DNA of 35,562 nucleotides from an uncultured archaeon (GTDB taxonomy: Archaea > Aenigmatarchaeota > Aenigmatarchaeia > CG10238-14 > SCSR01). The stretch is from NCBI GenBank assembly GCA_964581305.1, contig CAZONC010000004.1:1848-37409 (forward strand). Direction: 5' to 3'. Below the pieces are notes generated by a model, which was not told the DNA's origin, ran no database searches, and was given only the letters and a program-made list of their open reading frames with translations. Position 1 is the stretch's first letter. The number at the start of each line of letters is the position of its first letter. Position numbers and translations under genes: made by a program. This document shows, piece after piece, positions 18,160 through 28,011 of the stretch.

Positions 18160-19308
18160 ATGATAATTGGGCTTGTTGGCAAACCAAATGCTGGAAAATC
18201 AAGTTTTTTTAAAGCAGCAACAATGATCGATGTTAAAATTGCTTCTTACCCATTTACTACAATAGAGCCAAACGTGGGTATAGCTTACTTAATAGTTGAT
18301 TGTGTTTGTAAAGAATTTGGAAAAAAATGTAACCCAAAATATGGAAAATGCGAAAATGGAAAGCGATTTATTCCTGTTAAATTAATTGATGTTGGTGGAC
18401 TTGTTCCTGGCTCACATCTTGGAAAAGGTATAGGAAATAAATTTTTGGACGATTTGCGCCAAGCATCTGTTTTAATTCATGTTATCGATTGCTCTGGACT
18501 AACAGATTCAGAGGGAAAACCAGCTGTAAATTATGATCCAGAAATAGAAATTAAGTTTTTGGAAGATGAAATAGATTTTTGGTTTGCGGAAGTAATTAGG
18601 CGGGCATTGCAAAAGATTGAAAGAAAAATAGAAAGATGTTCAAAGACCGATTTAATTCAAATCTTGTCCGAACAACTTTCTGGTTTAGAAGTTAGAAAAG
18701 AACATATCGAATTGGCACTGCAAAAAGCTAGCGTAACAGATGTAGAAAATTTTGCGCGAGTGATAAGAAGAATTTCTAAACCAATAATTATAGCTGCAAA
18801 TAAAATAGATCTTAAACCAGCACAGGAAAATTATGAAAAATTAAAAACAAAATATCCAATAGTTCCTACATCTGCTGAAGCAGAAATTGCGCTAAAGAAA
18901 GCAGCCGAAAAAGGATTAATTAGCTATTTACCGGGCAATGATTTTGATATAAAGTCAGAAATAAGCGAAGAACAAAAAAAAGTTCTAGAAATGATCAAAG
19001 AACTTGTGAAAAAATACAACTCTACTGGCGTACAACAGTGTTTAAATAAAGCCGTTTTTGAGACATTAAACTATATTACTGTTTATCCGGTGGCCGATAT
19101 TAATAAATTAAGCGATAAGGATGGTAATGTGCTCCCTGATGTGTTTCTTGTACCAAAAGGCACAACTGTTAAAGAACTTGCATTTAAAATTCATACAGAA
19201 CTAGGAGAAAGATTTATTTGTGGCATAGATGCACGAACTAGAAAAAAACTATCAGCTGACTATCAGCTTAATGACCGAGATGTGGTAGAAATAGTATTCA
19301 GTAAATAA
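18160..19308 (+). CDS. ychF: Obg-family ATPase YchF (archaeal)
   Basis: GKPNAGKS, YPFTTIEPN, DVGGL, NKID, C-terminal TGS domain. Confidence 0.93.
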   Translation: MIIGLVGKPNAGKSSFFKAATMIDVKIASYPFTTIEPNVGIAYLIVDCVCKEFGKKCNPKYGKCENGKRFIPVKLIDVGGLVPGSHLGKGIGNKFLDDLRQASVLIHVIDCSGLTDSEGKPAVNYDPEIEIKFLEDEIDFWFAEVIRRALQKIERKIERCSKTDLIQILSEQLSGLEVRKEHIELALQKASVTDVENFARVIRRISKPIIIAANKIDLKPAQENYEKLKTKYPIVPTSAEAEIALKKAAEKGLISYLPGNDFDIKSEISEEQKKVLEMIKELVKKYNSTGVQQCLNKAVFETLNYITVYPVADINKLSDKDGNVLPDVFLVPKGTTVKELAFKIHTELGERFICGIDARTRKKLSADYQLNDRDVVEIVFSK

Positions 19309-19515
19309 ATTAAAATACAATTTATATGCGAGCGATATTTAAAGGAGCAATTTCTTTGGTTGAGTGCATATACCAAGAAGTGCAGAACACTTGGCAAGGT
19401 ATGAGCAAACTAGCGATCCGGCACCAAGCTTTATTCGGCTAAGAAATGATAAAAACGTTTCGGACTGCGTATTGGAAGTTTAGCTTTTAAATTGGTTTTT
19501 CCAAAAATAAATTAG

Positions 19516-20850
19516 GTGAAAATTTTGTATACAGAGGAAATTGAAAATTTTCTTAAATCGAAGAAAATAGCAGTTGGTGATCGTATACTTTTTATAAAAG
19601 GAAAGGAAAGATATGAAGGTATTCTAATGCCCAGAATTACTGTTGGTGATCGTTCTTGCTTAGTAATCAAATTAGATAATGGTTATAATATCGGAATTAA
19701 GTTTGAAAAGGGAGTTAAAATTAAAAAAATAGGTAGAAGACAGCCAATAAAATTCAAATCTATAAAGAGTGTACCAAAAAGGGATCCCAAAAAACCAACA
19801 GTCTCTATTCTTGGTTGTGGTGGCACCATTGCTTCACGCATAGAATATGCTACTGGTGCAGTTTTTCCTGCTTTTTCACCCGGCGATCTACTGTTTTCTT
19901 TTCCTGAATTAAAAGAAATGGCAAATATTAGAGGGCGAAAAATTTTTGATCTTCTTTCCGAGGATATGACACCGTATCATTGGCAAATTATAGCTCGAGA
20001 GGTTGCAAAAGAAATAAAAAATCAAGTTGATGGCATTGTTCTAATGCATGGAACCGACACAATGCATTATACATCAGCAGCTTTAAGCTTTATGCTACGC
20101 AATTTACCAGTTCCTGTGGTTCTAGTGGGTGCACAACGTAGTTCAGACCGTGGGAGCAGTGATAATGCAATAAATCTTTTGTCAGCAGTTATTGCAGCTA
20201 CACAATCAGATATAGCAGAGGTAACAGTTTGTATGCATGGTAGTATGTCTGACGATTTTTGCTTTATTCATCCAGGAACAAAAGTAAGAAAGTTGCATAC
20301 AAGTCGACGCGATGCTTTCCAAACAGTAAATGCAAATCCATATGCAAAGGTGCTATATCCAGATAAAAAAATCGAATATTTGCGAAGTGATTATAATAAA
20401 CGCGGAAAACGAAAGCTGATTCTTGATGATAAAATTAATCCAAATGTTGGACTTATTTATATTCATCCTGGCATTAAGCCAGAATTTGTGGAAAATCTTT
20501 CGAATTTTTATGAAGGTATAGTTATTGCCGGAACAGGTTTAGGTCATGTTCCAACAAATCCATTTAACGATAAGTTTACAAAAAGTTTAATTCCGGCTCT
20601 TAAAAATTTAATCAACGCAGGTATACCGGTTGTGGTTGCACCTCAAACAATTTTTGGTCGGCTAAATCTAAATGTTTACACAGCTGGTCGATTGTTGAAT
20701 GAGATTGGTGTTATAGGAAATTACTGTGATTGGTTGCCCGAAACCGCCTTGGTAAAACTCATGTGGGTTTTAGGTCATACAAAAAATATGGATAAGGTAA
20801 AAGAGCTAATGTTGCAAAATATAGCTGGAGAGATTTCTGAGCGAATTTGA
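19516..20850 (+). CDS. gatD: Glu-tRNA(Gln) amidotransferase subunit D
   Basis: KLDNGYNIG, GGTIAS, HGTDT, QRSSDRGSSD. Confidence 0.97.
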   Translation: MKILYTEEIENFLKSKKIAVGDRILFIKGKERYEGILMPRITVGDRSCLVIKLDNGYNIGIKFEKGVKIKKIGRRQPIKFKSIKSVPKRDPKKPTVSILGCGGTIASRIEYATGAVFPAFSPGDLLFSFPELKEMANIRGRKIFDLLSEDMTPYHWQIIAREVAKEIKNQVDGIVLMHGTDTMHYTSAALSFMLRNLPVPVVLVGAQRSSDRGSSDNAINLLSAVIAATQSDIAEVTVCMHGSMSDDFCFIHPGTKVRKLHTSRRDAFQTVNANPYAKVLYPDKKIEYLRSDYNKRGKRKLILDDKINPNVGLIYIHPGIKPEFVENLSNFYEGIVIAGTGLGHVPTNPFNDKFTKSLIPALKNLINAGIPVVVAPQTIFGRLNLNVYTAGRLLNEIGVIGNYCDWLPETALVKLMWVLGHTKNMDKVKELMLQNIAGEISERI

Positions 20851-20858
20851 GTGATTGA

Positions 20859-22310
20859 ATGAGTGAAAATGTTAATTATAAAAAGCTTGGATTGAAAGTA
20901 GGTTTAGAAATTCATTGTCAACTTGATACAAAAACAAAGTTATTTTGCAATTGTTCAACTGAGCAAAAAGAGAGGGAACCAATAGCAATTGTTATGCGCA
21001 AAATGCATCCAGTTGCAAGTGAACTTGGACAGGTAGATGTTGCTGCTCAGTATGAATATCTACGGGATCGAACTTTTTATTATCAGATTTTTAAAAATGA
21101 GACTTGCCTAATAGATCTGGATGAAGCGCCACCAATGCCATTGAATCAAGAGGCACTTACAATTGCTTTGCAAATAGCACTACTTTTGCACTGCTCCATA
21201 CCAGAAGAAATTAATGTTATGAGAAAAACTGTTATCGATGGCTCGACGCCAATGGGCTTTCAAAGAACAATGATTGTCGGAAGCAATGGCTATTTGAAAT
21301 TTAAAAATCAAAAAGTACCCATTGCACATGTTTGCTTGGAGGAGGATGCAGGGGCTATTGTTAAGGAAGAGGGAAAAAATGTCTATTATCGTCTCAATAG
21401 ATTGGGTATACCTTTGGTTGAAATATCTACTGGGATACTTACTGGCTTTTCACCAAGTGAGATTCAAGAAATTGCATATTTAATTGGAATGATTTGCCGA
21501 TCTGTAAAAACCAAAAGAGGCATAGGAACTATCCGTCAGGATTTGAACGTCTCAATTAAAGGTGGTGCTCGAGTGGAAATAAAGGGTGTGCAGGAACTTG
21601 GATTGATAGCAAAAGTTATCGAATTAGAAGTTCAAAGACAGCTAAAGGAAAAGGTCAAAGAGGAAACACGAGCAGCTTTACCAGATGGCACAACACGATT
21701 TACTCGACCACTGCCCGGTGCTGCCCGTTTATATCCAGAAACGGATATACCTCCAGTAGCAATTTCAAAGGAATTTCTTACACAAATCAGAAAAAGTTTG
21801 CCTGAACCATTAACAGAAAAACTTGTTAAATTTAGAAAAAAGTTAAAGCTGTCCAATGAGTTGGCAACCGAAATTCTCCGATCCGATTATCTTTCACTAT
21901 TTGAAAAAATCATTTCGAAAAAAGCAGTTTCACCATCCATCGTTGCAAACACTTTTGTAAACATTTTGAAAGATCTGGAAAAAAGAGAAGGTATAAAACC
22001 TGAGCAACTGAGCGAAAGACACTTCATGGAACTCTTCGACTTTCTGGAAAAAAAGAAGATTGTGAAAGAGGCAATACCTGAAATTTTGAAATATTTGGCT
22101 AAAAAACCGACTGCAAATGTGGCAAGCGCGATTAAGGAGCTAAAGATCGAACCGATCAAGCTAACCGAGCTAAAGGCAATTGCTAAAGAGATTTTGGCTC
22201 AACCAGGACTTACTCTAGATAAGGCAATTGGTTTAGTAATGGGCAGGGTCAGAGGACGAATCGAAGCAGAGGTTGTGGTAAAAACTGTAAAGAAAATGTT
22301 TAGAAGATAG
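20859..22310 (+). CDS. gatE: Glu-tRNA(Gln) amidotransferase subunit E (short form)
   Basis: GLEIH, MRKTVIDGS, LEEDA, RGIGTIRQDLNVSI, PGAARLYPETD. Confidence 0.95.
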   Translation: MSENVNYKKLGLKVGLEIHCQLDTKTKLFCNCSTEQKEREPIAIVMRKMHPVASELGQVDVAAQYEYLRDRTFYYQIFKNETCLIDLDEAPPMPLNQEALTIALQIALLLHCSIPEEINVMRKTVIDGSTPMGFQRTMIVGSNGYLKFKNQKVPIAHVCLEEDAGAIVKEEGKNVYYRLNRLGIPLVEISTGILTGFSPSEIQEIAYLIGMICRSVKTKRGIGTIRQDLNVSIKGGARVEIKGVQELGLIAKVIELEVQRQLKEKVKEETRAALPDGTTRFTRPLPGAARLYPETDIPPVAISKEFLTQIRKSLPEPLTEKLVKFRKKLKLSNELATEILRSDYLSLFEKIISKKAVSPSIVANTFVNILKDLEKREGIKPEQLSERHFMELFDFLEKKKIVKEAIPEILKYLAKKPTANVASAIKELKIEPIKLTELKAIAKEILAQPGLTLDKAIGLVMGRVRGRIEAEVVVKTVKKMFRR

Positions 22311-22311
22311 A

Positions 22312-22521
22312 TCATTCATTATTTTGGAAAACTCTTTCAACATACAATTTTATAAAATCAGAAGGTATTTGCGCATATTTGGTTCTTTTGAGATATGCTA
22401 CTATGCTTTTATAATCGAGGCCTTCCTCTTTAAGTGATTTAGCATCTTCGTATATCTTTATACCAAAGTTTTTGTGTTTTTGGCTAATAATATCCCAAGG
22501 CTTTCTCAGTTTTTGTCCCAT
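22312..22521 (-). CDS. Small hypothetical protein
   Basis: Fills the gap downstream of speD on the same strand. Confidence 0.55.
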   Translation of the reverse strand: MGQKLRKPWDIISQKHKNFGIKIYEDAKSLKEEGLDYKSIVAYLKRTKYAQIPSDFIKLYVERVFQNNE

Positions 22522-22545
22522 ACTATTAGAAAAGATAAAATTATC

Positions 22546-22983
22546 TTAACAAGGCCCCGAAACTTTAAGCTTTTTTCTCGATTTCAAAACAATTTTCTTT
22601 ATCTTCTCTATGTTGCGTGGAAATTCTTTTCCTCTAATTAGAAATGATTTTTCAACCTTTTTTGCACCAAATTTTTCAATTAGATATTTTTCTGCTTTGG
22701 CAATATCAAATTCTTTGCAAGAAAAAATATCTACTGAAGCGAATTTTTGTTCAAGAAAAGTGTGAATGGTTATATGACTTTCTGCTATCAAAATGAAAGC
22801 CGAAATACCACCTTTATCAAATGAGTTTGGATTTCCACTGTAATAAAAAACAAATGGCTTAGAGATTTTGCGCATTCCAATCAAATCCGGTAATTCCTCA
22901 AGAACCTGGGTAATAAAATCTAAATTGGAAAGCAGTCTTTCGTTACATTCATACAGATCTAAAGTCAAATGTGGTCCTAACAT
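22546..22983 (-). CDS. speD: Pyruvoyl-dependent S-adenosylmethionine decarboxylase proenzyme
   Basis: GPHLTLD, GIS...ESHITIHT, DIFSC. Confidence 0.9.
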   Translation of the reverse strand: MLGPHLTLDLYECNERLLSNLDFITQVLEELPDLIGMRKISKPFVFYYSGNPNSFDKGGISAFILIAESHITIHTFLEQKFASVDIFSCKEFDIAKAEKYLIEKFGAKKVEKSFLIRGKEFPRNIEKIKKIVLKSRKKLKVSGPC

Positions 22984-23034
22984 TTTTTTGCTTTAAATAA
23001 ATTATTAGTAAAATTCGTATTTAAAACTATCATT

Positions 23035-24120
23035 TTAATTTTTCAATTTTTTTACTAAATGATGAATAATTTTACTTCTTTGGCTTAAAATTTTTGGATC
23101 TAGTTGCTTCATTTTTGCCGCTTCCGTTCCAGTTCTTGCACCAAATTTTGATATATTCACCTTTTGCGGTTTAACCTTTTTTATTAGTTCAATTGTTTTT
23201 TCAAAATCTTTTTCGCTCTCTCCAGGAAATCCAACAATTATATCAGTAGCCAAGTATATGTTCGGAATCTCTTTTCTAAATTTTTCCACAATTTCTATAA
23301 AATCTCTTACAGTATACCCTCTTTTCATTAGTTTCAAAATTCTATCTGATCCAGACTGCACAGGCAGATGCAAAAATTTTTCTATTTTTTCATTCTTGTA
23401 AATTTCGATAAGCTCATCAATTATCGACTTTAAATGTGCAGGGTTCATCATACCAACTCGAACAGAGAAATTTCCTTCAATTTTACAAATTTCTTTTAGA
23501 AGTTCTGGTAAGTTTGTACCTATATCTTTTCCATAACATGCATTATCTTGCGAAGTAAGCCATATTTTTTTGCAACCATTTTTGATAGCCAGTTTTATTT
23601 CTTTTATAATCATATCAATAGGATAACTAGTTAACCTCCCTCTAGCAAATTTTACCGAACAGTATGAGCAATTTGAGAGGCAACCAATCGAAATAGGCAC
23701 AATATCAATGTTTGGATTTTTTCTTATTTTTGGCAAGCAAACTTTTGGTTTTCGCAGATCCTCCAAAAACACAACTTTTTTATTTTGTAAAGTACCTTTT
23801 ACCACATCTACAATTTTTTCCACAGAATCAGGACCCAACATACTTGCATTTGGTGCAATTTTTTCGATAATTTTTTTATCAGTTTTCGTCATGCATCCTG
23901 CAACAATCAATGGTTTACCAATTGCTACAAATTCCTTTATTTTATGTATCATTCGTTGCAATGTTGGAGTTTTAACAGTACATGTAAATATAATATTTAG
24001 ATCTGACTTTTTTTTGCTATTTACAACTTCAAAACCGTTTTGTTTTAATATTCCTAGTGCTATCTCATAATCTGCTATATTTGATGGGCAACCGTATACT
24101 TCTGCATAAATCCTAGCCAT
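23035..24120 (-). CDS. tRNA methylthiotransferase (MiaB/MtaB family radical SAM), no C-terminal TRAM domain
   Basis: YGC..N, TCTVK, AGC; CLSNCSYC; HLPVQSGSD; DIIVGFPGE. Confidence 0.92.
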   Translation of the reverse strand: MARIYAEVYGCPSNIADYEIALGILKQNGFEVVNSKKKSDLNIIFTCTVKTPTLQRMIHKIKEFVAIGKPLIVAGCMTKTDKKIIEKIAPNASMLGPDSVEKIVDVVKGTLQNKKVVFLEDLRKPKVCLPKIRKNPNIDIVPISIGCLSNCSYCSVKFARGRLTSYPIDMIIKEIKLAIKNGCKKIWLTSQDNACYGKDIGTNLPELLKEICKIEGNFSVRVGMMNPAHLKSIIDELIEIYKNEKIEKFLHLPVQSGSDRILKLMKRGYTVRDFIEIVEKFRKEIPNIYLATDIIVGFPGESEKDFEKTIELIKKVKPQKVNISKFGARTGTEAAKMKQLDPKILSQRSKIIHHLVKKLKN

Positions 24121-24165
24121 AAAAATCACTATATTATCAATAAATAATTAAAAATATAAGAGAAA

Positions 24166-24984
24166 ATGGCAGAATATAAGTTTTTGGGAAAAGAAGCGCA
24201 GGATTTTGAAAATTCGCAATTTGTTGTAATTCCTGTGCCATACTCTTTTGATGGTCAAAATGTTCCGAGAGAAATAATAAAGGCATCGTATGAGCTGGAA
24301 TCTTTCGATGTGGAACTTAAAAGTGAGCCGTATAAAAAGGGAATTTTTACAATGGATGAAATTGATGTTGATTTTGACAGTCCAGAGAAAACTATGGAAA
24401 AAATTAAAAATGCTGTGAAAAGTGTTGTGGCACAAGGAAAAATTTCCATTTTGCTTGGTGGCGATCATACAATAACACTAGGTGCAATTCAAGCCTTTCC
24501 CGAAGATATAGTTATTATAAGCTTTGATGCGCATGCCGATTTGCGTGATGAGTTTGAAGGTGGAAAAATAAATTATGCATGCGTGATGCGAAGAATTTTT
24601 GAAATAAATAGAAATTTGATCGAGATCGGTGTAAGAAGTTTGAGCAAGGAGGAATTCGAATTCATAGCTGCAAATAAAGTTGATGTTTATTTAAAAGATG
24701 AGATTGATAAAAACGGAATTAAAAAAATAGTAAGAAAAATTGTGAAAAGAATTAAAGGTAAAAAAGTTTATTTGAGTATAGATCTAGATTGTTTTGATCC
24801 AAGTATTGCAAAGACCAAATTTCCAGAACCAAATGGCCTTAGTTGGACCCAAATGTTATTCATTCTTGAAGAAATTGCAAAAAATTCTAAAATTGTAGGA
24901 TTTGATATAGTTGAGGGAACTACTGAGTGGGCAACCTGTTTTCTTGCAGCGAAAATAATATATAAGTTGGTTGGGCTAGCGTGA
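24166..24984 (+). CDS. speB: Agmatinase (ureohydrolase family)
   Basis: GGDH, DAHAD, SIDLDCFDP. Confidence 0.88.
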   Translation: MAEYKFLGKEAQDFENSQFVVIPVPYSFDGQNVPREIIKASYELESFDVELKSEPYKKGIFTMDEIDVDFDSPEKTMEKIKNAVKSVVAQGKISILLGGDHTITLGAIQAFPEDIVIISFDAHADLRDEFEGGKINYACVMRRIFEINRNLIEIGVRSLSKEEFEFIAANKVDVYLKDEIDKNGIKKIVRKIVKRIKGKKVYLSIDLDCFDPSIAKTKFPEPNGLSWTQMLFILEEIAKNSKIVGFDIVEGTTEWATCFLAAKIIYKLVGLA

Positions 24985-25589
24985 TAAATGAGCAAAAGCA
25001 AAGATTGAGAGAAAAAATCTGGAAAATTATGGAAGAGAAGAATATTGCACGCTTCCCTTTACCTTGCTTCGGTCGGATACCAAATTTTGTTGGTTCAGAG
25101 AAAGCAGCAGAAAAATTACGCGAACTGGAGGAATGGAAAAATGCAAAGGTTGTAGTTGCAAATCCCGATTTTGCACAACAAAAGGTTCGGCAATTCGCTT
25201 TATTAGATAGGAAAATTTTGATTATGGCATCACCAAAGTTGAGATCCGGTTATTTACTTATTAAACCAGATCTGGTTAAGGGGAAAGAGGAAATAGCAGC
25301 AACAATTAAAGGTGCATTTCGTTATGGAAAAAAGTTAAAAAGTTTGATTAAGCCAGATTTAATTATTACAGGGTGTGTTGCTGTAAGTTATAAAACATTT
25401 TATCGATTGGGTAAAGGTGGTGGGTATGGCGATGAAGAGATTCGCACATTTAAAGAAAAATTTGGTGAAATACCTGTTGCTACTACAGTTCATGATGTTC
25501 AAGTTGTAGAGGAGGTTCCAATAGAAGATGGTGATACAAAAATTGATATAATAGTTACACCAACAAAAATTATTCGTAGAGAAAAATGA
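24981..25589 (+). CDS. 5-formyltetrahydrofolate cyclo-ligase family protein
   Basis: GRIPNFVG, NPD..Q, RLGKGGGYGD, TTVHDVQ. Confidence 0.9.
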   Translation: MINEQKQRLREKIWKIMEEKNIARFPLPCFGRIPNFVGSEKAAEKLRELEEWKNAKVVVANPDFAQQKVRQFALLDRKILIMASPKLRSGYLLIKPDLVKGKEEIAATIKGAFRYGKKLKSLIKPDLIITGCVAVSYKTFYRLGKGGGYGDEEIRTFKEKFGEIPVATTVHDVQVVEEVPIEDGDTKIDIIVTPTKIIRREK

Positions 25590-26311
25590 AAATAAATGTT
25601 GGCTGCTGTGGCTGGGGGTTTTTTCGTCCAAATATTTTTTTAGGTAAAAAATGGAGGGAAAAATACAAATCTATTTTGCAAGCCTATTCGGTCCTATATC
25701 CGTGCGTTGAGATTAACACAACTTTTTACCGAATACCAAAAATAGATACTGTAGAAAAATGGCGTAAGGAAGTTAGTAAAGATTTTCAATTTACAGTAAA
25801 ATGTAATAATATAATAACACATCAAGATCAGTTTAAAACGATGCGTTCCATTGCAATTTTCAAACTAATGAAAAGAATTTGTGATGTTTTGAATGCAAAG
25901 CTTTTGCTTTTGCAGTGTCCAGCAAACTTTAAAGCAACAGAAGAAAATATAGAAGCAATGACAAGTTTTTTGAAAAACATTAATCGCGAGCATTTAACTA
26001 TTGTATGGGAGCCAAGAGGAAAAAGTTGGGAAAATAAAATTATAAGAAAAATTTGCAAGAAATTTAATCTTGTGCATTGTGTAGATCCATTTCGGCGTGA
26101 ACCTGTGTATTTTGGAAAAAATAGTATAGCTTATTTTCGCCTGCATGGTCTAGGAAAAATAAGTATGTATAAATATAATTTTTCTAAAAAAGAACTTGAA
26201 CAGCTGAAAGAAAAAATAGAAAATTTAAAGGTTAAACAAACATGGGTGTTTTTCAATAATACAGAAATGTATGCAAATGCGCAGCAATTTATAGAAATTT
26301 TAAAAAAATAA
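25586..26311 (+). CDS. DUF72 family protein
   Basis: GCCGW, EINTTFY, ITH, WEPR, YFRLHG, FNN. Confidence 0.92.
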   Translation: MKINVGCCGWGFFRPNIFLGKKWREKYKSILQAYSVLYPCVEINTTFYRIPKIDTVEKWRKEVSKDFQFTVKCNNIITHQDQFKTMRSIAIFKLMKRICDVLNAKLLLLQCPANFKATEENIEAMTSFLKNINREHLTIVWEPRGKSWENKIIRKICKKFNLVHCVDPFRREPVYFGKNSIAYFRLHGLGKISMYKYNFSKKELEQLKEKIENLKVKQTWVFFNNTEMYANAQQFIEILKK

Positions 26312-26324
26312 AAAAGAAAAAAGA

Positions 26325-26678
26325 TTATTCTTCAGCTTCTTCCTCACTTTCTTCTTCGAACATTTCTTCTTCAGGTTCTAATTCTTCAGACACATCCTCC
26401 TCTTCTTCAATTTCGCTTTCTTCCATTTCTTCTCCAGGCATACTACCACTCCTCTCTCCAACAGCAAACCTATTTCTCACTTCTTTAATTTTTATATGTG
26501 CCTTTTCACCTTTTTTTGTATTTGGTACAAAAACCACAAAATTCTTCACTCTAGCTATTCCATCACCTTTTGCACCAACTTCATTTATTTCCACATCGTA
26601 TTCTTCCCCAACTTTTACTGGTTTGGGGATATTTGGCATTGATCTAAATTTTCTTTTAAAAGGTTTCCTCTCTCTCAC
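26325..26678 (-). CDS. Stand-alone TRAM-domain RNA-binding protein with acidic tail
   Basis: PVKVGEEYDVEI...GDGIARVKNFVVFVP; GTG start chosen from upstream GAAGGGGG. Confidence 0.88.
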   Translation of the reverse strand: MRERKPFKRKFRSMPNIPKPVKVGEEYDVEINEVGAKGDGIARVKNFVVFVPNTKKGEKAHIKIKEVRNRFAVGERSGSMPGEEMEESEIEEEEDVSEELEPEEEMFEEESEEEAEE

Positions 26679-26694
26679 AGTCAAACCCCCTTCA

Positions 26695-26738
26695 AATTTG
26701 AACTCAAGAAAAAGCAGCGCTTTTCCAGAGTTCAAATT
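26695..26738 (-). promoter_or_regulatory. Hairpin in putative 5' leader of TRAM gene
   Basis: Perfect 11-bp inverted repeat AATTTGAACTC/GAGTTCAAATT plus inner AAAAGC/GCTTTT. Confidence 0.55.
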
Positions 26739-26760
26739 AATTTTTCTATATATCACCTTT

Positions 26761-27180
26761 CTAATAGTTCAATAAACAACTATTTAAATCTTTTTTTATT
26801 TTCCAGTGGAAGATATGAAAAAATGTAGATGGATTAAACAAATTTCTCCAAAATGATATATCAAATACGAATTCAACCTCTTTATAATCTCCTCTCCTCA
26901 GATAAACTTTTTGTGTTTGCTTTTCACTTTTACCTTGACCTTCAAATATAGCAGTGACAGTAGCTGTTCCAGGAAAATTCCATTGTTTTTCACACAACAT
27001 TTGACTACAAAAACATAATCTAATTCTTTGAAAGTGTCATATCCCTCTTTTTTTACGATTTCAAAACCCATTAGTGGTCCAATATATTCACTAACAGCGA
27101 TATACTACAATTCCAACCAAAACAGATGCTAAAATCCCGATTAAGATAATAATCCATTGATATTTCTTTGTTTTTTTCAT
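26761..27180 (-). pseudogene. Frameshifted gene for a membrane-anchored exported protein
   Basis: MKKTKKYQWIIILIGILASVF leader at 27180, with protein-like continuation in other frames (VVKCCVKNNG; GTATVTAIFEG...EVEFVFD). Confidence 0.55.
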
Positions 27181-27386
27181 AGCTGCTAATTGAAAAATAA
27201 AGTTTATAAATTTTTAGCAATAGTTTGTTGTATCTCTTGGAGTTATGCCTCTTTAAGTTCTCTACTTATCACTAAAGTTGTAAACATTGGAAACAAAAAT
27301 TTTCTTTTACTCTGCTTTCCTCTTTTTACTTAGAAACACTGAACATCCAAAACTTTTTCATTTTAACTTAGAATCTCTGTTAAAAT

Positions 27387-27698
27387 TTATATCTCTTTTG
27401 CCTTGTTGTAAGCATCAAATATTTGCCATATCCATAGAACAAAATAAATTAGAAGCATAGGAATACCAATCACAGCACCAATAATAGTGACACCAATGAG
27501 AGTGGAAAAAAGAAATATTTTAGTAAGAGCTATTCCACCAATTTCTAAAATCCAACCAATTATCATAAGTAGTAAACCACGTCTAACTTCACCTAAATAA
27601 ATATGTCCTAGGCCTAAAAAACCGAAAAGACCACCTATGGTTGCTATTAATGCCGTTGTTCCTGGGTTTTTCCTTTCTCTTTTAGTTCTCGTTTTCAT
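27387..27698 (-). CDS. TM2-like small membrane protein
   Basis: KNPG.ALI...GLGHIYLG...GLL, W..QIFDAY. Confidence 0.8.
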   Translation of the reverse strand: MKTRTKRERKNPGTTALIATIGGLFGFLGLGHIYLGEVRRGLLLMIIGWILEIGGIALTKIFLFSTLIGVTIIGAVIGIPMLLIYFVLWIWQIFDAYNKAKEI

Positions 27699-28011
27699 GG
27701 TTATATATTGTAATGGTAAATATAAAACTTTTAATGAAAGCTGTATTTTAGCCACGAAAAGGTAGTTATATCTAATTTCTATTGTAGCTTCACAAAACCA
27801 GCCTATGCTGTTATGAAGTGTTTTAATAACTCAATAGAGTCGATAAACTCTTGCAGGGAAAATATTGGTTCTAATCTTTCTATTCAATTAATTCTATTTT
27901 TTTTACTTCAACCGACCATTTTTATTTCTGCAGTATGATATTTCGGTGCAATTAGCATGCCCTTTGGTACAAACTGTTTTAAGCGAATTCAACTACTATA
28001 TACAAAGTAAA

